A stretch of DNA of 62,846 nucleotides, counting the filler, from Octopus bimaculoides (lineage: Eukaryota), in NCBI RefSeq assembly GCF_001194135.2. It is 4 parts of 4 records of this genome, joined end to end, with 100 filler letters (N's around TTAATTAATTAA, not from the genome) between each part and the next. Parts side by side here need not be neighbours in the genome. Positions count along the whole stretch, not along the records: positions 46,220 to 58,501 come from NW_026400778.1; positions 58,602 to 62,846 come from NW_026335349.1; 2 more parts are not named here. The stretch is one strand, 5' to 3'. Positions 52,657 through 62,846 of this stretch are shown in pieces; the stretch's first letter is position 1, and every line of letters starts with the position of its first letter. Under the pieces are notes generated by a model. It was not told the origin of the DNA and made no database searches. It worked only from the letters and a program-made list of their open reading frames with translations. The position numbers were made by a program, and so were the translations under genes.

Positions 52657-53026
52657 TTATACGGTGCCGTATTTTACAATGCTGTAAATAATAATAATGG
52701 TATTTTTATATAAGCTTAAAGCTTATGCCATTCACTGTACAATGAGTAACAAAAATAGTCTAATAACGAAGCATATAAGCCCTCGACAGAAAAAGAAGGC
52801 TTTCCCAACTGCGTGGGACGCGAACCCACATCCCTTTGTTAACATGAATAAGTGTGGTACCTTCACACAGCTAGGAAAGCCTTCTTTTTTCTGTCGAGTG
52901 CTTATATGCCTCGTTATTAGACTATTTTCCTTAGTCATTGCACGGTGAACGCCATAAACATTAATGTTATATAAAAATACCATTATTATTATTATTTACA
53001 GGATTGTAAAATATGGCGTTGTATAA
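52657..53026. mobile_element. Foldback/MITE-like element, ~155-bp imperfect inverted arms around a tRNA-like loop
   Basis: 52657-52811 aligns to the reverse complement of 52868-53026 (about 85% identical by eye). Termini TA|TAC...GTA|TA. Confidence 0.85.
52801..52880 (-). pseudogene. tRNA-like (Asn GTT-like) sequence with A/B-box remnants
   Basis: Minus strand TAGCTGTGTGAAGG (A-box-like), ATGTTAA (anticodon-loop-like, cf. CTGTTAA) and a perfect T-arm GTGGG-TTCGCGT-CCCAC. The anticodon stem is broken and A58 is mutated. Confidence 0.5.
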
Positions 53027-53065
53027 CAAAACCATTTGCACCGAAAGCATATATATATATAATTC

Positions 53066-53301
53066 GAAAACATGAAGTTTCATAACATTGTTTACAAAAT
53101 AATCCAATAAAAAGACAATATTGAAAAAATCTGTTATGTTTCTCTCTCTCTCTATCTGTTTACACCGTAGGTAGAAGGGGACTTGAAAACATGAAGTTTC
53201 GTAACATTGTTTACAAAATAATCCAGTAAAAAGATGATATTGAAAAAATGTGTTATGTTTCTCTCTCTCTCTCTGTTTACACTGTAGCTAGAAGGGGACT
53301 T
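53066..53301 (+). repeat. Tandem duplication, 2 x ~118 bp
   Basis: GAAAACATGAAGTTTC..GTAGAAGGGGACTT at 53066-53184 and 53185-53301. Confidence 0.92.
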
Positions 53302-55361
53302 AACTCATGTATGCAAATGGCTGCGATTTGAAAATTGTTAGAATTGATGGTTTAAAATTATTTTTAATGCAAAAATTCACATTAAGAAGCAACCCAAAAA
53401 AAAACAAATGGCTGATTCCAGGCATTTTCGACCACGAGGAATCCATTGGTGCGACTCCCAGATTGCTATCTTGTAAGGTGTGGATTTCTATAGATGCAAC
53501 ACACACACACGCACACTCACAAACTGAGCTATACTATAGGTATATATATATATATATNNNNNNNNNNNNNATATACTTAAGACTTAGTTGTGATCTGAAC
53601 ATAACTGCTTCTGACACAGAGAATCAGGAGACCTTTTGGGCATTCTATTTTCCTTGCTGGACAGGTTCCCAACCCATGGGCAAAGAGGGGTTAGATGATG
53701 GGGATGGTGTTTTCAAAAGGCTGGCATGTGTAGCCTGATCACCTCTGCCGATCAAACTCCCAACCCATGTGCTCCCGTCACGACACTGATTCTGCCCAAA
53801 TTTGACGTCGATGTTACTTAGTTTGGTTTGAAATAAGCAACTTGATTAGCTTAATAATCCTAACTTAATCCCAGGCAAAGCTGGGGTATACTGCTACTCT
53901 TCACTATCCATATAGGAAACCCAACCAAACTGTTCAGTACTTAAATACTCTCTCTCTAATCAGCCTAAATCAACCGCCAATAGCATGGTAACAGCTGTTT
54001 CTGTTAGAATTTCAAACTTATCTGCTAATGAGGAGATATTCAACACTCATGCTCCATACTATAACCAAGTTCTAAAATTAAGTGGCTTCAAAGATAAAAT
54101 ATTTTATATCCCTGATACAGAACTGAAAATTAAAGTTACCAATCTCATCACAAGAACTAACTCACAATCTAATACTATGGTCTCCTCTTTAAGCAAACCA
54201 ATTAAATTTATTAGAAAAAAAAACTCATTTATGTATAACACCTGAATATATAATGTGTCATTTAGAAATTACTATAAGTATATATCTTATAACTCCGACC
54301 AACTTAATGAAACCAAATATTCAAAATCTTGGAAACAGGAAATTATATGGTTCACCCCATCCTTTTCTCTTCAGGTTAGATCATTACCAAAACTATTCTT
54401 TAAAATTATGAAAGAAAATTTCCCCAAACATCATAAATAACTATTCTATCTTCAACAAGTCATCTGTGAAACTCTCATATTCCACTACACCAAATTTAGT
54501 ATCGATTATAGCCACCATTAATAGATCCAAAACTTAGACTTAAGACATCTACCCACTCAAACCCTTGTATTGCACCCCATAACTCAAAAACCCAAACTAA
54601 TTCTTATAAAAATGATACTCCAGGCCACCCACTACTAGTTGAGGGCGCTATGACCTCAGTTAAACATAAGATTAATGCTGAAACAAGAAGAAAAACATGT
54701 AATTGTTGCAGCCTGGACTCCTGCCCACTTGCTAGATCCTGTCTGCACAGAAATTTAGTTTATAAGTGCTGTGTAGAGACACCTGCCGCACATAGGGTAA
54801 GGGTTTACAAAGGAAGTACTGTTGATTGTAAGCATTGTTATAGGGCTCATTTGGATTCTTTTACTAACTTAAAATATAAATTCACAACAATGCTGGTCAC
54901 ATATATACACAAACTTAAGCTAAAGAATATACAGTATTCATTATCTTGGCCTATAATAGCAGAAACCCCTCCCTGTAATACATGTCTGTAAATTATGTAT
55001 TAAAGAATCTATTAACATTTTCTCTCGACATAACTCTATATCATTAAGGAAATTCTCTGATGCTATGTACTCTTGTAACCATTGATACCATTCAACATTT
55101 AAGCATTTTCATCAATCTGGATAGATTGATCATTAAACTCTATAATTAGCTACATTCCACCTTATATACATATTCGCACCCTCCCTCTCCTTCTTCTTAG
55201 TGAATAATTACTTGCTTATAATCTACCATATTTTCTAAATTTACTTCCCACAATTCTTGCTATAATATTTCCTCCTCCTGCTAACATGTATAGCTCTTTA
55301 TAAAACCAAACACCCATTTACTCATTATGACAGCATATGAGATGTGAATCTTTAACTAATA

Positions 55362-55457
55362 CATTCTCCCTGATGAAGGAGACAGTGTCTAAAATTTGGA
55401 GAGGAATATCCTTTATTTGTATCGATTACTGTACCCTTGAAACGGCTGTCAGAGTAT
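55362..55457 (+). ncRNA. Type I hammerhead ribozyme motif in the Penelope-like 3' terminal region (degenerate)
   Basis: CTGATGA (55370-76), stem II AAGGAGACAGT/ACTGTACCCTT, GAAAC (55439-43), short loop GGCT, GTC cleavage triplet (55448-50). Stem I is partly paired (TTCTC/AGAG). Confidence 0.7.
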
Positions 55458-55949
55458 CACCACTTAATTCTTGAAATTGGAGTACCTCCATATAATCATT
55501 GGAAACTTTGCCTTCCATCTGGATGCTTAAATATTTCTCTATTTACCTTTACACGAGTATTTACACTTTTATTAAAAAAAAATTTTTTAATATCTTTTTA
55601 ACAACACTCTTAATCTGTAAGTAGGATGATGTCTTCAATATATACCTTTTAAGATGCTAATATATTTTTATACATCAGTTTTGTTTTTCTACCCACATAT
55701 CTCTATTATATTTTTATATTTTTTTGTATCTGTAAATTTTTGATATTTTTCAATATCTTAATGAGGGATACATTAAATATATTTTAATATATTTTGTATA
55801 TTCTGAGTATATGTTGTATTATAATTTTAATTTGTTGAACCTACCTGAATTCTCCTTTTAAATGTAATGTATGTATGTATGTATGTATGCATGCATGCAC
55901 GCATGCATGCATGTATGTATAAAAATAAAATAACAATGATGTCAAGTTG

Positions 55950-56150
55950 TTAATGCAATACAGCTGTTTCAGGCAGCTCCATTTAATTGAAGAATGCAAG
56001 CATTACATCAATTTGAAATACAATGCCTCAACAGACAGGATATTTTATTATAATTTTTCTGCAAATATTTCATCAGAGCTAGAGAATGAAAGAATTCCAT
56101 GCTGCCACTATTGTAGCAGAAAACAACTACAATTTCGGAGTTACTGAAAT
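55950..56150 (+). pseudogene. Probable very old RTE-type RT fragment
   Basis: LHQFEIQCLNR..RKQLQF resembles L..FE.RCLR.I...RRLRF. Frameshifted and weak. Confidence 0.3.
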
Positions 56151-56464
56151 GGATCACAGTGGGGGTCATGAGATTATAATTCATTTCCAATTTTTATGTC
56201 TCGTTGTCATCATCAAAAGATCTAATGCAGCTAGTATACTGCGTTTATTGAGCATTAAGATGACTAGGAGTTGACAGTTCAGATCTAGATGTTGGTCATA
56301 AATATTATTAGATGTTCTCCCAAACCTTAATTCCCTATGGCTATAAATCCTCATGACCACATAGAGAAACAAATCCCAGAAGGAGTCAATTAGATAGTGG
56401 TAAATGCCCCAAAAAAGAGGTAGAGTAGGGGGTGATATAAACTCTTTTATTATTATCCATTAAA

Positions 56465-56695
56465 GGCGGTGAGCTGGCAGAAACGTTAGGACGCCGGGCG
56501 AAATGCTTAGCGGATTTTCGTCTGCCATTACGTTCTGAGTTCAAATTCCGCCGAGGTCGACTTTGCCTTTCATCCTTTCAGGGTCGATTAAATAAGTACC
56601 AGTTACGCACTGGTGTCGATGTAATCGACTTAATCCGTTTGTCTGTCCTTGTTTGTCCCCTCTATGTTTAGCCCCTTGTGGGCAATAAAGAAATA
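56465..56695 (+). mobile_element. Young full-length family A SINE with 16-bp TSD
   Basis: Identical ATTATTATCCATTAAA at 56449-56464 and 56696-56711 flanks the element. Confidence 0.95.
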
Positions 56696-57290
56696 ATTAT
56701 TATCCATTAAAACTATACAATTCTACATACAACAGTTCCTGTAATATATTTTAAGGGCAGTAAGCTGGCAGAATTGCTAGCATGCTGGGTGAAATGCTTA
56801 GCGGTATCTCGTCTGTCATTACATTCTGAGTTCAAATTCTAGAAAACATAGGATGCTACAATGAGATCTAGATGGGCATTAAGGGCACAGAGGGAAAAAC
56901 GATATAATCAAGGTATAGTAAAATCTGTGTATTATTATATTTTGCATAATAAAAGTAAAATTTTAATATTTAGAAAGGTATATAAGAACCAGGTAAGGTA
57001 AGAAGGACATAATGACCAATTTAAGCATAATATTTAATTCTAGCAGAACTTTTAGGTGATCATGATAAAAACCATTCAAACAATGAACCCAACTTACATT
57101 CAGAATTTATCTGGGAAAGAGGTACACATTTTCTGTTGATTGAAAACAAGGGATCAAAGGCAGAATAATAAAATAAATGGTTCTATAGGGGATAAACTTA
57201 TTTAAAAATATAAGTATACAAAAATTTTAACAATTATGAAAAGTCTTAAAGTGTATACTTACATAAAGAGATATAACAGTATAAAAATAT

Positions 57291-57328
<38 letters not shown>

Positions 57329-57784
57329 AAAAAGACATATATGTGTGTATATATAAAGAATATATTATAATTATAAAGGGTAATTATAAATAACTGAAAA
57401 AACATAAATATAAGTATCATATTGCATTATATCTTATCATGCATAATTGTGGAGAGAAGTTTTAACATACTTCGCAACTCATAGAATGTTACACCAGTAT
57501 ATGTGAAGGTAAATATGAATGCAAAATGTAAAAATCTAACAATATATGATAAAAATACAAAATAAAGAATAAAAAATTAATAAGAAAAACATATGAAGAT
57601 AAGAAATCAAATCAATAAAAAATTAATAAGAAAAGCATACAAAGATAAGAGATCAAAATTCAAAATAAAACAATAATAGGTAAATAAATAACAAGGTTAG
57701 TTCAAGGTATTCTTAACAAAGTAAATCAAGATTAAATAAATTAAGATAAGGATATCATTGGATGTGGTTTTATAAAATATAATA

Positions 57785-58019
57785 TTTATTTCTTTATTGC
57801 CTTAAGGGGCTAAACATAGAGGGGACAAACAAGGATAAACAAAGGCATTAAGTCGATTGCATTGACCCCAGTGCATAACTAGTACTTATTTAATTGACCC
57901 CGAAAGGATGAAAGGCAAAGTTGACCATGGCGGAATTTGAACTCAGAACGTAAAGACAGACGAAATACCGCTAAGCATTTGACCCAGCATGCTAGCAATT
58001 CTGCCAGCTTACTGCCCTT
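57785..58019 (-). mobile_element. Full-length family A SINE
   Basis: Reverse complement of head, core and the GCAATAAAGAAATA tail. Confidence 0.9.
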
Positions 58020-58267
58020 AAAATATATTACAGGAACTGTTGTATGTAGAATTGTATAGTTTATAAGGAGTGTAAGATTGACCCAGGGGAGTCTTATCTG
58101 ATAACTCATTACAAGTATACCTATTGTGACTGATAGGGCAGAAAGTCTTAGAATTGAAGGAAAGAACAGTGTAATCACTGTATAGGAGGAATTCAGACTA
58201 AACTGGCAGGGGTTACCAGAGGGCAATATTATATGTAATACATTATATAACATAATACACAACATAT

Positions 58268-58501
58268 AATCATCATCATCATCATCATCGTTTAACGTCC
58301 GCTTTCCATGCTAGCATGGGTTGGACGATTTGACTGAGGACTGGTGAAACCGGATGGCAACACCAGGCTCCAGTCTGATTTGGCAGAGTTTCTACAGCTG
58401 GATGCCCTTCCTAACGCCAACCACTCAGAGAGTGTAGTGGGTGCTTTTACGTGTCACCCGCACGAAAACGGCCACGCTCGAAATGGTGTCTTTTATGTGC
58501 C
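58268..58501 (-). mobile_element. Family D SINE, near-identical to 46220-46434
   Basis: One mismatch seen over ~190 bp. (CAT)n tail at 58270-58289. Confidence 0.9.
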
Positions 58502-60986
58502 NNNNNNNNNNNNNNNNNNNNNNNNNNNNNNNNNNNNNNNNNNNNTTAATTAATTAANNNNNNNNNNNNNNNNNNNNNNNNNNNNNNNNNNNNNNNNNNN
58601 NAAAGTTAATTATACTTAAATCCAATTTTTTGCCTTACTTATATTTATTTTTGATACAAATTTTTGTTTCATGGGAAAAAAACTATGAAATTCTTCATAC
58701 TTTCTTCTATCATTTAAACTAAGATAAATATATTTTGCTTTTAAAATAAAAAAAGTTATTTAGATATAAACATGATTGGAGATGTTGCTTACTCACCTAT
58801 AACATTGCTACAAATTTTGATGTAAACTTTTTTCTACTAGACCAAATCTCAATTTTTCTATGCCAGAATTGTAGTTAGGTGTTAGTTCTCAACAAAAATT
58901 TTAACAGTTTCCAATTTGTTTAAGAACTGAATTAGCGACAGAGTCTGTAAGATGCTGCGTGTGAGTAAATTGTGGCCTTACGAATATTGTTCAAGTATTA
59001 CCGAAGCTGAAAAATATCAATCTTTTGATACTTCATCTTGAAAATTTTAAGATTTCTTTGAATGCAAAAATAAAATTTAAAAAACAGGAAAACAGATACT
59101 TTTTACATGGGATTGGATGGTTCTTAGTCGAAGATCCCTCCGATTTCATCAAAAGAGTAAATTATTAGTAATGGAAATAATTTCATTATTTTAATAGGGT
59201 GAAGTCAGAAAGCTGGCAGAATTGTTTGCACGCCGGATAAAATATTTTGTAATGTTTTCGTCTGTCTTTATATACGAAGTTCAAATTCCACCGAGGTCGG
59301 CTCAGGAATTTGAACTTGTAGTCGATGAAACTTTTATATTTTACTCGTTTCAGTCGTTATACTGGGGACGTACTGGGACCCCCACTTTGAGATTTTAGTC
59401 GAATGAATCTACTCCAGTACATTAATTTTAAGCGTAGAACACGTTCTGTCGTCACTTTGTCGAACAGCTAAGTTATGGTGAAATAAACACACCAACACCT
59501 GTTATCAATCGATAGTGGGGGAACAAACACAGACCGAAAGGCACACATAAGCATAAATACATATATACACACGTATATATATATATATATATATATAGGA
59601 AACTAAAGAGTACGTATNNNNNNNNNNNNNNNNNNNNNNNNNNNNNNNNNNNNNNNNNNNNNNNNNNNNNNNNNNNNNNNNNNNNNNNNNNNNNNNNNNN
59701 NNNNNNNNNNNNNNNNNNNNNNNNNNNNNNNNNNNNNNNNNNNNNNNNNNNNNNNNNNNNNNNNNNNNNNNNNNNNNNNNNNNNNNNNNNNNNNNNNNNN
59801 NNNNNNNNNNNNNNNNNNNNNNNNNNNNNNNNNNNNNNNNNNNNNNNNNNNNNNNNNNNNNNNNNNNNNNNNNNNNNNNNNNNNNNNNNNNNNNNNNNNN
59901 NNNNNNNNNNNNNNNNNNNNNNNNNNNNNNNNNNNNNNNNNNNNNNNNNNNNNNNNNNNNNNNNNNNNNNNNNNNNNNNNNNNNNNNNNNNNNNNNNNNN
60001 NNNNNNNNNNNNNNNNNNNNNNNNNNNNNNNNNNNNNNNNNNNNNNNNNNNNNNNNNNNNNNNNNNNNNNNNNNNNNNNNNNNNNNNNNNNNNNNNNNNN
60101 NNNNNNNNNNNNNNNNNNNNNNNNNNNNNNNNNNNNNNNNNNNNNNNNNNNNNNNNNNNNNNNNNNNNNNNNNNNNNNNNNNNNNNNNNNNNNNNNNNNN
60201 NNNNNNNNNNNNNNNNNNNNNNNNNNNNNNNNNNNNNNNNNNNNNNNNNNNNNNNNNNNNNNNNNNNNNNNNNNNNNNNNNNNNNNNNNNNNNNNNNNNN
60301 NNNNNNNNNNNNNNNNNNNNNNNNNNNNNNNNNNNNNNNNNNNNNNNNNNNNNNNNNNNNNNNNNNNNNNNNNNNNNNNNNNNNNNNNNNNNATATAAAT
60401 GATATATAAATATATGCATATATGCATATATCCATACATATATGTACATACCTACATCTATATGTATACATACATGCATATATAGGTACAAGACATAAAA
60501 AAAAATTTAAACACAATTAGAATCGAAAACATAAAAACGAGAACAGAAAACGAACTGTTTTCGAACAACGAAAAAACGAACAAACAGAGAAACGCAACAG
60601 GCAGCATAAAGAGCATACCCCTTTGTCAGTTGTCCCTGTTGCATCTACTCCGCGTTTCGAAGGCAAGGCCAATACGCGACTTCGTTGGAACAGTCCTTCA
60701 CGCAAAGCAAATTAAATAAAATTTGAAATTTTTTGCGGAGGGTGAAAGTGTTAACAAGAACAGGACAGTGAGAACAAGACAGTAAAAACAAACGGTGAGG
60801 CTGTTGAGCCAAGGCGATAGAAAAATTATTATGAACGCTAGGTAGACGTGCAATGAGAAAAAAGACAGAAAAAACATGTCTTTTCTTTAGGACAGAAAGA
60901 GAGATCCCCTTTCGTCACGTGTTAGTGACGAGAGAGTCAAGGAGGAAGAGTGAGAGAGAGAGAGAGAGAGAGAGAGNNNNNNNNNN

Positions 60987-61026
<40 letters not shown>

Positions 61027-61060
61027 GAGAAAAATAGGGAAAGGGTGGGAGAGAAAAACA

Positions 61061-61883
61061 GGATCTTTTTGGTTTGACGGGCAACACTTGTTTTCTTAAC
61101 GAAACATTTTCAAACTTGGGACACTGGTAGAATGTGTCATATAAAACATCTTTTTCTCTTAGCCTTCTTAACAAAAAATTGTACATCGCAAGTTATTTCA
61201 TGTTAAAGTTGTCGTATTTCTGTAATTTCAACCAATCACTGACGTCTATTCAGCTGAATACAGTTAGTGCTGTTCGGTGTCAAGTGTGTTATTCCCTGTT
61301 TAATTATATCATTATTCCCTAGTAAGGGTTTAGGGTTTTAGGGTTAGGGTTCGGGTTTTAGAGTTAGGGTTAGGGTTCGGGTTAGGGTTAGGGTTATGAG
61401 TTATAGGGTTTTAGGGTTAAAGTTAAGGTTATGAGTGAGGTTNNNNNNNNNNNNNNNNNNNNNNNNNNNNNNNNNNNNNNNNNNNNNNNNNNNNNNNNNN
61501 NNNNNNNNNNNNNNNNNNNNNNNNNNNNNNNNNNNNNNNNNNNNNNNNNNNNNNNNATAGATAACAGTGACAAACGAAATATATACCGCTGATAGTTGTT
61601 GTTGACAAAACAACGGCACTAATTTTATTCAAGGGAAAAGATCCCATGACACCGTTGTTTACATTCCACGGCGTAATTGTTTTCACCTCAACAGACGTCA
61701 GTGATTGGTTGAAATTACCGAAATACGACAATTTTATTTACATGAAATAACTTCGAATACAAAATTTTTTATCTGTTCTATAATACAAAATATACAAGTA
61801 TTCGAAGTTTGAAAGTGTTTCGGTACCAAAAACACTACATAAAACATAAATGAAAAACGTTGCCCGTCAAACCAAAAAGATCC
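61061..61883. mobile_element. Merlin-like MITE with 8-bp TSD and a telomere-like core
   Basis: Perfect 25-bp TIR GGATCTTTTTGGTTTGACGGGCAAC (61061-85 / 61859-83), with imperfect inverted similarity extending ~190 bp. TSD GAAAAACA at 61053-60 and 61884-91. Confidence 0.85.
61325..61442 (+). repeat. Degenerate (TTAGGG)n interstitial telomere-like repeat
   Basis: GGGTTTAGGGTTTTAGGGTTAGGGTTCGGG...TTAGGGTTAGGG. Runs into a gap. Confidence 0.9.
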
Positions 61884-62846
61884 GAAAAACAGAAGGGATG
61901 AAGAACAAGAGAGGGAGATAGATAGACAGAGAAGAGATAGTAGTAGCAGAGTGCGCATCGAAATTATTAAGATAAAACGTACTTGGAAAAGGATGCGTGA
62001 CGTTCGATCATATAATAATATAGATAATATATAAATATATCCATATATCCATACATATATGTACATACTTACATCTACATGTATACATACATGCGTATAT
62101 GGGTACAGGACATCAAAAAACCGTTAAACACAATGAGAAACGAAAACATAAAAACGAAAAGAGAAAACGAACTTTTTCGAACAACGAAAGAAACAAAACA
62201 TATATATATATATACGTAAGCTAACAAACAGTGGGGGTGTTGCTCTACATAGATATATCAAGGGTTGAACAAAAAGAACACAACAAAGAGAAAAAATTAG
62301 ACGAAAGCATAGCCAACGGAAAGTTCGACAAAAACACAAAACACTGAAAATTCGCAGCTGATTTCCTCGTCGGTCAATGTTCAAGATATCCCAGTCGTAT
62401 CTTTCTCAGTCTCTCTCTATTACTAAAAGTGACTGGTAAATATTATTTCTCATATCAGACCTTAAATTTTTAGAAAACGATACATTGGATATAATACTTT
62501 CGGGTGGGCATTAAATCTTTATGGATAACGTAGTGGTTGGAGATTCAATGTTTTGCATAATAGAACTACTTGTACAAGGTTGCTTTTCGGCTAAACAATA
62601 ACAACAATACCAACAATATTCAACTAATACTGTAAAATACAACTGTAACTAATTTCTTAGAAACATCAATATTAGTTCTCAAACATGAAAACGGACTTTC
62701 TTTTCTTGATTAGACAGAATGTGTGAAAAGAAAGCTAGTGTGACTATAACGCCTTGAGCTTGTGTGATTTATTGGCTTTAAGTGGAACAGGCATACATAC
62801 ATAGATACACACATATCAATATATACACACATATACATAACCTAGA

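Larger units (their letters stand above)
52278..53540 (-). mobile_element. Non-autonomous Helitron B nested in Helitron A, opposite strand
   Basis: Minus-strand 3' end CCCGAGCAAGGCCGGG-TTTCTCTG-CTAG at 52305..52278. 5' end A|CCTATAGTATAGCTCAGTTTG(TG)n at 53540 (TC variant). Both flanks are (TA)n. Confidence 0.7.
51821..53897 (+). mobile_element. Non-autonomous Helitron A
   Basis: 5' A|TCTGTATATATAAAAGG. 3' hairpin CCCAGGCAAAGCTGGG (53870-53885) then CTAC|T (CTAG variant). No TSD, and removing it rejoins the Penelope-like sequence. Confidence 0.8.
51190..55460 (+). mobile_element. Penelope-like element (RT plus GIY-YIG-type endonuclease), split by Helitron insertions
   Basis: Left part: FIQFDISDYYASI (~51390), GCCDSAQI and GLYRHD (51664-51681; YRDD). 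Right part from 53898: HYPYRKPN, RISNLSANEEIF..APYYNQVLKLSGF, IIWFTPSFS, CNCCSLDSCPLARSC, VYKG, C.LC and CNH. Stops and frameshifts. Confidence 0.9.

Noticed and set aside
52697-52983. Two similar 83-aa ORFs on opposite strands
   Set aside because: The similarity is a by-product of the DNA palindrome; there is no evidence of coding.
60630-60700. Hammerhead on the minus strand (CCAACGAAG..CTTCGAAACGCG)
   Set aside because: The CTGANGA core and the NUH triplet are absent; only GAAAC and a short stem match.
61325-61442. True chromosome end
   Set aside because: The repeats are degenerate, internal and enclosed by TIRs and an 8-bp TSD.

Overview
AT-rich eukaryotic genomic DNA, extremely dense in repeats and microsatellites, with many N gaps. 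The tRNA-headed SINE families and the mosaic of (TA)n/(CA)n/(AAT)n/(GAT)n repeats look like a coleoid cephalopod, probably Octopus (inference). I recognise no intact host protein-coding gene; nearly all long ORFs in the track are poly-amino-acid or N-run artefacts. The recognisable coding remnants are all from transposable elements: Tc1 and mariner transposases, CR1/L2-, L1/Tx1-, RTE- and R4/Dong-type LINE fragments, and a Penelope-like element (RT plus GIY-YIG). The most structured region is 50.9-55.5 kb. There a Penelope-like element ending in a hammerhead-ribozyme motif is split at an A|T by a non-autonomous Helitron, which holds a second, opposite-strand Helitron. That inner Helitron carries a ~370-bp foldback element whose loop is a tRNA-Asn-like/Pol III promoter sequence. 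Near 61 kb is a Merlin-type MITE (8-bp TSD) with a telomere-like (TTAGGG)n core. Three 100-bp N44-TTAATTAATTAA-N44 blocks are artificial scaffold linkers.
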